Source of the DNA: Clostridiales bacterium
GTDB taxonomy: Bacteria; Bacillota; Clostridia; Saccharofermentanales; Saccharofermentanaceae
Direction: 5' to 3'
NCBI GenBank assembly: GCA_017617935.1
Contig: JAFZVF010000059.1
Span: forward strand, 3,486-67,485
Length of the DNA: 64,000 nucleotides
Of the stretch, positions 1-9,235 are shown piece after piece; within the stretch, counting starts at the first letter, position 1, and the number at the start of each line of letters is the position of its first letter. The position numbers and the translations under genes are program-made. The notes under the pieces are model-generated. The model was not told where the DNA came from. It saw only the letters and a list, made by a program, of their open reading frames with translations, and did not search any database.

Positions 1-120
1 AGCGGAAGCTACGTTCAAGCATATTTTTCTGCCGAGAGCGATTTCCCTAAGGAACTTGAGCGTGTTCTCAAGATTACTGACGGCGTACTTCGTTTCCTCA
101 TTGTCAGCGTCGGTGAGTAA
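1..120 (+). CDS. rpsF: 30S ribosomal protein S6, C-terminal part (truncated by the window edge)
   Basis: Frame 1 translated by hand: SGSYVQAYFSAESDFPKELERVLKITDGVLRFLIV...*, typical S6 C-terminus; canonical rpsF-ssb-rpsR order. Confidence 0.93.
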   Translation, partial: SGSYVQAYFSAESDFPKELERVLKITDGVLRFLIVSVGE

Positions 121-150
121 TCACTGCGCAGCAGAGAAAGGCTAAGACAA

Positions 151-654
151 ATGAACAAAGTAATGTTGGTAGGAAGACTTACCAAAGACCCCGAAGTTAA
201 GATGACTTCGAACCAGACCCAGTTCTGCAACTTCACGGTGGCGGTAGACCGCCGCTTCAAGGACGCAAACGGCCAGAGACAAGCTGATTTCATCAGCTGC
301 GTCGCCTGGAGACAGACGGCCGCCTTCATCCAGAAGTATTTCCGCAAGGGAAGCAGGATCGGTCTCGTAGGAAGCATCCAGACCCGCAATTACGAGGATC
401 AGAACGGCCAGAAGCGCTACGTCACGGAAGTTGTCGTAGACGAGGCGGAGTTCGTTGAATCCGGTAACGGCCAGCAGGGTAACGAGCAGGCTTATCACGA
501 GGCACCGGCCGCAAGACCCGCTTCGTCATTCCAGGCTCCTCCGGCAGGCTCCGCGGCATCCGATGCTCCTCTTGCGCCCAAGACTCAGATCGAGCCCAGC
601 GCAGAACCCGGATTCGGTCCCGGTGATTCGGTAGATCTTCCGTTTGAGATTTAA
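151..654 (+). CDS. ssb: single-stranded DNA-binding protein
   Basis: MNKVMLVGRLTKDPE OB-fold start, acidic DLPF C-terminal tip, synteny. Confidence 0.97.
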   Translation: MNKVMLVGRLTKDPEVKMTSNQTQFCNFTVAVDRRFKDANGQRQADFISCVAWRQTAAFIQKYFRKGSRIGLVGSIQTRNYEDQNGQKRYVTEVVVDEAEFVESGNGQQGNEQAYHEAPAARPASSFQAPPAGSAASDAPLAPKTQIEPSAEPGFGPGDSVDLPFEI

Positions 655-676
655 TTTGTGAAGGAGATCACACAAA

Positions 677-949
677 ATGGCAGAAAACAGAGCACCTAAG
701 GCCGGTGGAAAAGATTTTGCCGGCGGCATGAGGCAGAGACGTACACGCAGGAAGGTCTGCAACTTCTGCGCAAATAAGGTTGAGAGCATTGACTTCATGG
801 ATGACGTTCTTCTCAAGAAGTACATCTCCGAGAGCGGCAAGATTCTCCCCAAGAGAATGACCGGCACATGCGCAATCCATCAGCGTGAGTTGACAACGGC
901 TATCAAGCGCGCTCGCCAGATCGCGCTGCTTCCTTACACGGCGCAGTAA
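677..949 (+). CDS. rpsR: 30S ribosomal protein S18 (Zn-ribbon form)
   Basis: RRKVCNFC...[23 protein letters not shown]...[13 protein letters not shown]. Confidence 0.97.
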   Translation: MAENRAPKAGGKDFAGGMRQRRTRRKVCNFCANKVESIDFMDDVLLKKYISESGKILPKRMTGTCAIHQRELTTAIKRARQIALLPYTAQ

Positions 950-1127
950 TCCAAAGCCTCACGGCTTGATCGTACCGGCGCTGATATTTGAGGCGATGAC
1001 CGATACGGTTTTTCAAAGATTTTTAAGGACAATCGGGCATCACTCCGACACATATTTGCTTTAATGGCTTATAATATGTTCTGGTGATGCCCGATTTATT
1101 ATTTCAGGCAATATACAATTCAGGAGA

Positions 1128-1577
1128 ATGCTTATGAAGGTCATACTTCTTTCGGACGTGAAGAATCTCGGCAAGGCCGGCGAAGTGGTAAACGCCAGCG
1201 ACGGATATGCGAGGAACTTTCTTTTCAAACAGGGACTTGCCAAGGAGATGACGGCTGCCGGACTTAACGAAGTCAAGGTTCAGGCCGGTGCCAAGGCCGA
1301 GCACGAGAGACGCGCTTTGGCTGACGCCCAGGAGACCAAGAAGATGATGGAGGGCAAGACCTTTGAGGTCAAGGCCAGGGGCGGAGCTGACGGAAGGCTC
1401 TACGGAGCGGTTACCGCAGCTGACATATCTGACACGCTCAAGGCCGCAGGCTACGAGATCGAGAAGAAGAAGGTTGTCATCAACAATCCGATAAAGAATA
1501 CCGGAATCTTTTCCGTACGCATCAAGCTGCACCCCAAGGTTTCAGCAGACATAAACGTTGAAGTCGTCGTCAACTGA
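1128..1577 (+). CDS. rplI: 50S ribosomal protein L9 (likely start ATG 1134)
   Basis: [31 protein letters not shown]; GRLYGAVT; upstream of dnaB. Confidence 0.97.
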   Translation: MLMKVILLSDVKNLGKAGEVVNASDGYARNFLFKQGLAKEMTAAGLNEVKVQAGAKAEHERRALADAQETKKMMEGKTFEVKARGGADGRLYGAVTAADISDTLKAAGYEIEKKKVVINNPIKNTGIFSVRIKLHPKVSADINVEVVVN

Positions 1578-1588
1578 CCGGAGCTCAA

Positions 1589-3217
1589 ATGATGAACGAA
1601 GATCCCGGATACATGGACAACCTGATCGACGGAGCTGATCAGAGTCAAAGCGATACCGTCGACATAGAGATGGCGCTGCTGTCTTTGTGCATGCGCAAGG
1701 ACAAGGCCATGCTTGAGGCAGTGGAGAACAAGCTCGTCAAGGAGGACTTTACCGATCCCCGCAACGAGCTGATCTACGGCATCATAATCGACATGTTCCT
1801 CAACAACGCCAGCATCGACAGGTTCACCGTGACCAATGAGCTGGAACGCCGCGGCGAGCTTGAGCGCGCCGGAGGCTTGCGCTACATCTACAAGGTCGGC
1901 GAGACGACTGCCGTTACCTCGAACATCAAGGAATACATTTCCGCGATCCGGGAAAAGAGTGACAACAACAAGCTCGTAAAAGAGCTCGACAAGGTCAGGG
2001 GAATGGCCGTAAGCGGCGAGAAGAAGACTTCCGAAGTCGTGGACTACGCCATTTCCTCAATCTCAATGCTCAAGGGAACCGGCGAGACGAAGGGCTTTGA
2101 ATCGCTCTCTGAGATCCTCAAGGTCACGATGCAGGAAATGAGCGAGGAATTGAAGCCCGGTCATGACAGCAAACAGGTCAAGCTCGGATTCCCGAGACTG
2201 GACGAGATGCTTTCGGGCGGCCTTAAGCCCGGATCTTTAAACATCCTTGCGGCCCGTCCTTCCATGGGTAAGTCCGCTCTTGCCATCAACATGGCCGCAA
2301 ACGTCGCCGCGAGTAACAAGCCCGTAGCGATCTTTTCACTCGAAATGTCAAAGCAGGAGATTGCCAAGAGGTTCATGTCCGCTTCAATGAACAAGCCTCT
2401 TACCAAGATCCTCTATTCACATAAGATGACCAATGAGGACAAGCGTGAGATCGACAATGCGGTCGTAAAGCTTTCAGATTATCCCGTCTATATTGACGAC
2501 AATTCCGACACGAATCCCGCCACGATGAAGTCAAAGCTGACGGAGCTCAAATCGAAGCCTGAGACGACTCCCGCACTTGTCGTCGTCGACTACCTCCAGC
2601 TCATGAACATGCCCGGATACGGCAAACGCTCAAGAAACGAGGAAGTTACCGCGATCTCAAGATCGCTCAAGCTCCTCGCGAAGGAGTTCGAAGTCCCCAT
2701 AATCGCGCTCTCACAGCTTTCGAGAGGCGCCGCACAGCGTGACGACCATACTCCGCAGCTTTCAGACTTGAGAGATTCTGGCGCGATAGAGCAGGACGCC
2801 GATACCGTCATGTTCATCGACCGTCCGGACTACTACAAGAAGAATGACGACGTGGCTCCCAAGAACGGCGACGGTGACGGTGAAGAAGCACCCAAGCCCC
2901 AGGAGACAGATAACGACAACGTCGTAAAGGACGCATACATCTACCTGTCCAAAAACCGTCAGGGAAGGACCGGCAGGGACAAGGTCTGCTGGATCGCCAG
3001 AAAGACCCTTTTCTACGAGTTTGACAAGAACAGGCAGGATCCCGAAGAGGGCGGCAGCGCTTACACGAGGACTCAGTCTTCCGACAGCTCGGCCGCGAGC
3101 TATGAATTTGATTCTGATGAGGACAACATGCCTTCAGGCGGCAATGAAGCGCCTGTGCAGGATGATGATTTCTTCGCAGACGCGCACAGCGATTTAGCGG
3201 ACAATTTCTTGGAATAA
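1589..3217 (+). CDS. dnaB: replicative DNA helicase with acidic C-terminal extension
   Basis: AARPSMGKS Walker A, FSLEM, VVVDYLQLM, ALSQLSR, SDLRDSGAIEQDAD. Confidence 0.96.
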   Translation: MMNEDPGYMDNLIDGADQSQSDTVDIEMALLSLCMRKDKAMLEAVENKLVKEDFTDPRNELIYGIIIDMFLNNASIDRFTVTNELERRGELERAGGLRYIYKVGETTAVTSNIKEYISAIREKSDNNKLVKELDKVRGMAVSGEKKTSEVVDYAISSISMLKGTGETKGFESLSEILKVTMQEMSEELKPGHDSKQVKLGFPRLDEMLSGGLKPGSLNILAARPSMGKSALAINMAANVAASNKPVAIFSLEMSKQEIAKRFMSASMNKPLTKILYSHKMTNEDKREIDNAVVKLSDYPVYIDDNSDTNPATMKSKLTELKSKPETTPALVVVDYLQLMNMPGYGKRSRNEEVTAISRSLKLLAKEFEVPIIALSQLSRGAAQRDDHTPQLSDLRDSGAIEQDADTVMFIDRPDYYKKNDDVAPKNGDGDGEEAPKPQETDNDNVVKDAYIYLSKNRQGRTGRDKVCWIARKTLFYEFDKNRQDPEEGGSAYTRTQSSDSSAASYEFDSDEDNMPSGGNEAPVQDDDFFADAHSDLADNFLE

Positions 3218-3218
3218 G

Positions 3219-4802
3219 ATGAAGAACACGGGAAACAGTCTGAGACAGGAGCTTGCCCAAAGGGTTGGGAACTTCTGCCTTGAAAAGGCGCTGTTTGATT
3301 GTGACGCAGTGATAACGGGCTGTTCCGGCGGACCGGATTCGGTGGCGCTCCTGCTTTTGCTTTCCGACATCTTGAAGGAATCTGGCAGGAAGATCAGATT
3401 GTACGCGATCCACATCAACCACAACTTAAGGCCCGGCGACTGTGACCGCGATGCCGAGTTGACTTCAAAATTCTGCGAATCCATTGGCGTCCCGCTCAAG
3501 ACCGTGGGATTCGACGTTGAAAAGTACGCCGAAGACAACAGGCTGTCCGAGGAGACCGCCGGCAGGATGCTCCGATATGAGGCTTTTGACGAATACGCCC
3601 AGGAATTGAGGGAGACCGAAGGTTTTAGCGAAGTCAGGATCGCCGTCGCGCATCACAGGAACGATGTCGCGGAGACCATGATGATGAACCTCATCAGGGG
3701 CGCTGGCTTGGAAGGCCTCGTCACCCCAAGAGCAAGGACCGGAAACATAATAAGGCCCTTGCTTTGCTGCTCCAAGAGCGAGCTCGTCGAGATGCTCCGG
3801 GAAGAGGGCATCAGCTACGCGATCGACATGACGAACCTTGAATCGGACACGACCAGAAACGTCTGGCGCAACGTTCTGTTCCCCGAGATGGAGAAGAGGA
3901 CGGGCTTAAAGCCCTCTGATTCGCTTAACAGGACCTATTCGCTCATCGAAGAGGATTTGGATTACCTTTCCGAAGAAGCCGAAAAGGCCTACGATAGCTG
4001 CCTCGTGATGCTTGGAAGGGATAAGACGCCCGGGATAAGGGCTCTTGACTGCAAAAAGACCATGGAGCTTGCTCCGGCAATCCGTTCGCGAGTCATCAGG
4101 AAGTTGTGGCTTGATACGTTCGGAAACCTTACGGATTACGAGGTCACCAACCTCAGGAGTTGCGCCGAACTCATCGCAAGGCACGAGGTCGGAGGCGAGG
4201 TGATCCTTCCGATGCCTTTTTCAAGAAAGGCTTACAGATACGGCAATTTCTTCTGTTTTTGCAAGGAAGGTGCGACAGGGGAGTGCTCCAGGGCGATCGC
4301 ATCCGACATGGGGCTTCTTGCTTCGGACGGACCCGTGTCCGTTACCATACCCGTACCGGACGATTTCGGCGAAAAGGGCAAGATTGCCGTAAAAATCCCA
4401 CACACGGACCTCTATATTTATATATATTTATTTGAGAATAAGGGTGACTTAGAGTATAATAATTTTTCGTGGTTTTGTCCGATCGAACTCGCTCGGGACG
4501 GAAATCTCGCACTGGTCAATCTGTCTGCTAACCCGCAAGTCCGCGTCTTCAAGAAGGCGGGCGCCGTCGGGTCGAAAAAGGTTACAAGGCTCTTTACGGA
4601 TCTTAAGGTCCCGGAAAGCGCCAGAGAGGGAATCCTTTTTGCGGCACGGAAGAATGAGGACAAGATCCTCTGGATCCCGGGTGTGGGACACGCTGAGGGC
4701 TTCACGAGCCCGCTGAGCAGGGAACGCTTCGGTCAGCACGGGGAAACAAAGGCTGAGGGAATACTGAAGATTACTTTGAAGAGGCGTCAAGATGGCAATT
4801 GA
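3219..4802 (+). CDS. tilS: tRNA(Ile)-lysidine synthetase
   Basis: SGGPDS PP-loop, HINHNLR, AHHRND, IIRPLL; tilS-hpt-ftsH synteny. Confidence 0.93.
   Translation: MKNTGNSLRQELAQRVGNFCLEKALFDCDAVITGCSGGPDSVALLLLLSDILKESGRKIRLYAIHINHNLRPGDCDRDAELTSKFCESIGVPLKTVGFDVEKYAEDNRLSEETAGRMLRYEAFDEYAQELRETEGFSEVRIAVAHHRNDVAETMMMNLIRGAGLEGLVTPRARTGNIIRPLLCCSKSELVEMLREEGISYAIDMTNLESDTTRNVWRNVLFPEMEKRTGLKPSDSLNRTYSLIEEDLDYLSEEAEKAYDSCLVMLGRDKTPGIRALDCKKTMELAPAIRSRVIRKLWLDTFGNLTDYEVTNLRSCAELIARHEVGGEVILPMPFSRKAYRYGNFFCFCKEGATGECSRAIASDMGLLASDGPVSVTIPVPDDFGEKGKIAVKIPHTDLYIYIYLFENKGDLEYNNFSWFCPIELARDGNLALVNLSANPQVRVFKKAGAVGSKKVTRLFTDLKVPESAREGILFAARKNEDKILWIPGVGHAEGFTSPLSRERFGQHGETKAEGILKITLKRRQDGN
4432..4460 (+). 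promoter_or_regulatory. sigma-A-like promoter inside tilS, probably driving hpt-ftsH
   Basis: TTGAGA-N17-TATAAT, preceded by an AT-only tract (4413-4431) in an otherwise GC-richer gene. Confidence 0.6.
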
Positions 4803-5316
4803 TACATCCAGGGTACTGGTAACTCATGAGCAGATCGAAGAAATGCTGGACCGCCTTGCGGCACAGCTCAACCGTGACTACGAGGGCAAGCACCTCATCG
4901 TCGTCGGAATCCTTACGGGGGCCTTCATCTTTACCTCTGACCTCGTAAGACGCCTTACGATGCCCGTGACCGTTGACTTCATGCAGGTATCCAGCTATGT
5001 GGGAGAGTTTTCCACGGGCAACCTGAAGATCAAGAAGGACATGAGCTACGACATAGCAGGCAAGGACGTTCTTATCGTTGAGGACATCGTCGACACGGGA
5101 AGGACGCTCGCGCTCCTCATGGAGCTCCTCGAGAAGAGGCAGCCCGCTTCCGTAAAGGTCTGCACGGCTTTTGACAAGCCTGCGCGCAGGGTGAACAGCT
5201 TCGTGCCCGACTACAACGGGCTTACGGTACCGGACGAGTTCATTGTTGGCTACGGCCTCGATCTCGACGGTGAATACAGAAATTTTGATGATGTGAGAAT
5301 TGTCAGAAAGGTATAG
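4792..5316 (+). CDS. hpt: hypoxanthine phosphoribosyltransferase
   Basis: VLIVEDIVDTGRTL PRPP-binding motif, FIVGYGLD. Confidence 0.96.
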   Translation: MAIDTSRVLVTHEQIEEMLDRLAAQLNRDYEGKHLIVVGILTGAFIFTSDLVRRLTMPVTVDFMQVSSYVGEFSTGNLKIKKDMSYDIAGKDVLIVEDIVDTGRTLALLMELLEKRQPASVKVCTAFDKPARRVNSFVPDYNGLTVPDEFIVGYGLDLDGEYRNFDDVRIVRKV

Positions 5317-5323
5317 GTAAACA

Positions 5324-7384
5324 ATGTCGGATAAAGGTGAAGGAAACAGCAGACCGCGTTTTGGAGGACTGTTTTTCTATGTGATCATGCTGGTGGTGCT
5401 CGTCGTTTTCTCGACGCTGGTATTCGGCGGCAATTACGGAAAAAAGGAGCAGTCCAAGCTGTCTGACGTTCTGAATTACATAGAGAGTTCCGAAAACGAG
5501 GTCGAGCTCGTTGAGGTCAAGGGCACGGTGGTCACCGTCAGATACAAGAACGATCAGGGCCAGACCGCCGAGATCTCCCAGTCGATCCCTTACGAGTACG
5601 TGGACGACCTCATCGTCAAGCTCCAGGAAGCAAAGTCTTCAGGCAAGATCAAGGATTTTAACTATACCGAACCCTTTGACTGGTCCATCATCCTGAACAT
5701 CGGAAGCCTCCTTCTCGCGGCGATAATCATAATCGTACTTTTCGTAAACATCAGTAGACAGAGCAGGGAAGGAAGCAGCGTCTTCAGTTTCGGCAACAAC
5801 CGCGCGAGAGTCTCAGACCCCAACAAGATCAAGGTCAAGTTTTCTGACGTCGCGGGTTCCGTTGAAGAGAAGGAAGAGCTTTCCGAGATCGTTGACTTCC
5901 TTAAGAATCCCAAGAAGTACAAGGAACTCGGCGCAAAGATCCCGAAGGGCGTCCTCCTTTTCGGTGCCCCCGGTACCGGTAAGACGCTCCTTGCGCGTGC
6001 AGTCGCAGGCGAAGCTGGAGTCAAGTTCTTCTACATCTCCGGTTCAGACTTCGTTGAAATGCTCGTCGGCGTTGGCGCCTCCCGTGTAAGATCGCTCTTC
6101 GCGGACGCAAAGAGGGAAGCTCCTTCCGTAGTCTTCATCGATGAGATCGATGCGGTCGGCCGTAAGAGAGGCGCAGGCCTCGGAGGCGGACAGGACGAGC
6201 GCGAGCAGACCCTGAACCAGATCCTCGTTGAGATGGACGGCTTTGACGTTAATTCAAACATAATCGTAATGGCTGCAACAAACCGTGTTGACGTCCTTGA
6301 CCCGGCACTTCTCCGTCCGGGAAGATTCGACCGCCGCATCATGGTCAACATGCCTGACGCGGACGAGCGCGAGGCCATCCTCAAGATCCACGCTAAGAAC
6401 AAGCCTCTTGCAAAGGACGTAAGCCTCAGGGAAGTCGCTCTTTCAACAGTAGGCTTCACGGGCGCTGACCTCGAGAACCTTTTGAACGAGGCGGCTCTCA
6501 TGACCGCGCGTCACAACAAGAAGGAAATTACGATGCTCGAGGTCACGGACGCGATGTTCCGCGTTCAGATGGGACCCCAGAAGAATTCCAAGAAGCTTTC
6601 CGACAAGGTCAAGAAGCTTACCGCATATCACGAAGCGGGCCACGCGGTCGTTCTCCGTGCAACCTCCGAATTCGAGAAGGTTGACAGGGTCACGATCATC
6701 CCGGCTGGCCAGGCGGGCGGTTACACTGCATACAAGCCTATTGAGGATACAGACTTCTATACTGAGAAGATGCTGCTTGACACCATCAAGATGAGCCTCG
6801 GCGGCCGTGCCGCAGAAGAGATCTTCCTTGGTGAGGTATCAACCGGCGCTTCTTCCGACCTCAGACACTGCAACGACATCGCAAAGAACATGATCAAGCG
6901 CTACGGCCTTTCCAAGAAGTTCCGCAACATGGTCTTCGGCGACGAGAACGAAGAGGTCTTCCTTGGTTACTCAATGGGCCAGGTCCAGAGTTATTCCGAG
7001 AAGACGGCCGCTGAGATCGATGCGGAGATCAAGCTCATCATTGACGAGTGCTACGCAGAGACGAAGCGCATCCTGATCGAGAAGCAGGCAATCGTTGAAG
7101 GCCTTGCTCAGAGGCTTATCAAGAAGCTCACCGTTGACGGACCTGATTTCGAGAAGATCTATACCAACGACGGCGACCTCTCCAAGGTCTATCCGGACGA
7201 GTACACGGCTGAAGTCGCTTCTTCCATGATTGAAGAGTCCGCAGCACCTGCCGAAAGCGCTCCCGCCGCTGAAGCTTCTGCGCCTGAGGCTACGGGCATG
7301 GACGACACCGCGCCCACTTGGCCCGCTGAAGCCGCGAGTCGCGACTATCAGAACAACGACCACGATCCGGGTCCGACGGACTGA
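5324..7384 (+). CDS. ftsH: ATP-dependent zinc metalloprotease FtsH
   Basis: Two TM segments, GAPGTGKT, FIDEID, ALLRPGRFDR, HEAGH zinc motif. Confidence 0.97.
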   Translation: MSDKGEGNSRPRFGGLFFYVIMLVVLVVFSTLVFGGNYGKKEQSKLSDVLNYIESSENEVELVEVKGTVVTVRYKNDQGQTAEISQSIPYEYVDDLIVKLQEAKSSGKIKDFNYTEPFDWSIILNIGSLLLAAIIIIVLFVNISRQSREGSSVFSFGNNRARVSDPNKIKVKFSDVAGSVEEKEELSEIVDFLKNPKKYKELGAKIPKGVLLFGAPGTGKTLLARAVAGEAGVKFFYISGSDFVEMLVGVGASRVRSLFADAKREAPSVVFIDEIDAVGRKRGAGLGGGQDEREQTLNQILVEMDGFDVNSNIIVMAATNRVDVLDPALLRPGRFDRRIMVNMPDADEREAILKIHAKNKPLAKDVSLREVALSTVGFTGADLENLLNEAALMTARHNKKEITMLEVTDAMFRVQMGPQKNSKKLSDKVKKLTAYHEAGHAVVLRATSEFEKVDRVTIIPAGQAGGYTAYKPIEDTDFYTEKMLLDTIKMSLGGRAAEEIFLGEVSTGASSDLRHCNDIAKNMIKRYGLSKKFRNMVFGDENEEVFLGYSMGQVQSYSEKTAAEIDAEIKLIIDECYAETKRILIEKQAIVEGLAQRLIKKLTVDGPDFEKIYTNDGDLSKVYPDEYTAEVASSMIEESAAPAESAPAAEASAPEATGMDDTAPTWPAEAASRDYQNNDHDPGPTD

Positions 7385-7403
7385 TTTTCAAATTGAACTT
7401 TCG

Positions 7404-7430
7404 GGGCTGCGTGCGCGCAGCCCTTTTTTT
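7404..7430 (+). terminator. rho-independent terminator of ftsH
   Basis: GGGCTGCG-TGCG-CGCAGCCC followed by T7. Confidence 0.85.
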
Positions 7431-7458
7431 ATTGTTGCAGTTTTCCGGGTGAGACTCT

Positions 7459-7656
7459 CGTTCTCAATGTGCTTCTCAATGCTGAGTCAAATTGAGAAGG
7501 CAATTGAGAATCCCACTAAGAGCTGTCCTGCATTCCATGTTGCCTCCTCTGTTTTGGACGGAACATGGAAGGAAAGATGGAATACCGGCAGATTTTGCCC
7601 TACATTCCATGTACCTTGCTCTGTTTAGAAGAAAACATGGAAGGAATCATGGAATG
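7459..7656. repeat. 72-bp-period palindromic repeat array, 3 units (7459-7512, 7531-7584, 7603-7656)
   Basis: 54-bp imperfect palindromes (CATTCCAT...ATGGAATG) separated by 18 bp; same family at 39783 and 48615. Confidence 0.85.
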
Positions 7657-7695
7657 AAGCCCACTGTCAGGGTGGATAAGCGGCAACCCAAGCTG

Positions 7696-7710
7696 TGTAA
7701 CATTGTTACA
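7696..7710. other. dyad TGTAACA-T-TGTTACA, candidate protein-binding site
   Basis: Perfect 7-bp-arm inverted repeat, identical copy at 17616-17630. Confidence 0.45.
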
Positions 7711-7736
7711 AAGATTGAAAGATCTAGCATTCAAGC

Positions 7737-7774
7737 AAAAAAAGACCGGCTGCCGAGAGGAGCGGAGCCGGTCT
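7737..7774 (-). terminator. rho-independent terminator of the 7798-8421 gene
   Basis: AGACCGGCT...AGCCGGTCT stem with an A7 tract on the + strand (U-tract on -). Confidence 0.75.
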
Positions 7775-7797
7775 GGAATAGTACGATTTAGATGTGA

Positions 7798-8421
7798 TCA
7801 AGCAAGCAGTACGCAGGCTTCGTCGACGGTCGTGGCCTTTTCCTGCTTTATGAGCGCGAGGATCTCGGTGACGCGCTCAGGAGTACGGAAATCTTCAGGG
7901 ACCATGGATTCGTACATGCGCATTTCGCGGAGATCGTCATCAAGAACGGACTGCATTCTTGCATTTAACTGGCCCTGCTGATACCTTTCAGCCACCTCGG
8001 CATTCATGTAATCGCAGTTCTTGTTGAAAGCGGCCTGCTTTGCCTTGGCGATCTTAAGGCCGATGAAGATGATTGCGAGCGCGATTATGACGGCTGCGAA
8101 ATAGCCGACGTAAACGTCGCCCATCATGCGTGTTGCCGCTGAACTGGCCTGATCGCGGCTAAGCGTATACTTGGCCGTATTCATCATGGAGTAAAACGCG
8201 ATAAAGGCCGTGATGGCATAAACGACGCTTCCTCCGCCGATTCCGCCGACCAGGTAAGGCCAGAAGTACTTCATTAAAGACCTTTTCTTGAAATCGCTGT
8301 GCATAGATACGGGAAATTCGGACTGCGGCCTGATCCTTGATCTGAGCTCGATCGTCTCGGCAAGCAGCTCCCTGTATCTTTCGAGTTTTCTGATTAGTTC
8401 CATTGTTGATGCTTCAAACAT
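7798..8421 (-). CDS. hypothetical membrane protein (2 TM, helical/coiled ends)
   Basis: 207-aa ORF, AGGAGG RBS upstream, two hydrophobic segments, own terminator. Confidence 0.8.
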   Translation of the reverse strand: MFEASTMELIRKLERYRELLAETIELRSRIRPQSEFPVSMHSDFKKRSLMKYFWPYLVGGIGGGSVVYAITAFIAFYSMMNTAKYTLSRDQASSAATRMMGDVYVGYFAAVIIALAIIFIGLKIAKAKQAAFNKNCDYMNAEVAERYQQGQLNARMQSVLDDDLREMRMYESMVPEDFRTPERVTEILALIKQEKATTVDEACVLLA

Positions 8422-8701
8422 AGCATTCCTCCTTGATAATCTATCCTTTTCCTCTATCTGGCGCGGTCTTCACAGTAGCGCCATATTCAGAATGATACAA
8501 TAATTAAAATATTTTTACAAAGAAAAAATAAAATTAAAACTTGTAACATATAAATAAATTTGATTATTACTTTTCATACTGCAATTTTGGCGGTAAAATA
8601 TATGAAACAATTAGGAAAAAGGCTCGTAATTTCTTTATGTTACGATTAAATCGTGGTACGAGGGTGGTCCCACGAATTCTGTAAATGGCAGGACATCGAT
8701 C

Positions 8702-9205
8702 TTGGACGAGAAGAACGAAAGACAGCAGCCCATAGAGGGCAACGTATTTTACAGGAACCGGTGGGGAGACTTTGTAAGGAAGTATGCGGTTGAATTGCTG
8801 CTGGTCTTCATTATTCTTGCCATTTCCATTACGATTGCGATTATCAGTTCACAGGCAAGATCCGTTTTCCGTGAGGCAAGGGGTATCCGTACCGCCTTAA
8901 GGTTCGTCGGAACTGAGTATTACGGCGGCAACTCCTCGATCTACGATCCTTCCACTCCGACGGGACTTACCAAAGGTGCTGCTGAAAGGGTAGCTAGCAT
9001 TTCCTCTTTCAACGGAAGCGTCTACCTTTATCAGTGGGATGAGAAACACAACATCCCGTTGAGGTTTGAATACAGAAAAGGATTGTTTACCGTACAGTAT
9101 GTTGATAAAGGTGTTGATGAGACCGATACCGAGGCCACCTATGGTACAGTCGGAGATTGGTCAGTCAGTTATTCGTTCAAGATATTGGAATTCAAGTCTG
9201 AATAG
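8702..9205 (+). CDS. pilin-like membrane protein lacking a class III cleavage site
   Basis: AVELLLVFIILAI, VFREARGIRTALRFVGTEYYG and GDWSVS align by eye with major pilin 15265; RK replaces G|F. Confidence 0.65.
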   Translation: MDEKNERQQPIEGNVFYRNRWGDFVRKYAVELLLVFIILAISITIAIISSQARSVFREARGIRTALRFVGTEYYGGNSSIYDPSTPTGLTKGAAERVASISSFNGSVYLYQWDEKHNIPLRFEYRKGLFTVQYVDKGVDETDTEATYGTVGDWSVSYSFKILEFKSE

Positions 9206-9235
9206 CGCAACGTAAGAAAAGCGAGGGGTTAAAAG

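Noticed and set aside
7459-7656. CRISPR array interpretation of the 72-bp repeats
   Set aside because: Repeats are 54 bp and degenerate, spacers only 18 bp, 2-3 units per locus, and no cas genes in the window
7696-7710. parS or Rex site
   Set aside because: Does not match parS (TGTTNCACGTGAAACA) or Rex (TTGTGAA-N4-TTCACAA) spacing
7492-7791. ORFs over the repeat arrays (7230, 7492, 39705, 39729) with 24-aa HS..DGRKDG periodicity
   Set aside because: Explained by the 72-bp DNA palindromes; no RBS; open on both strands
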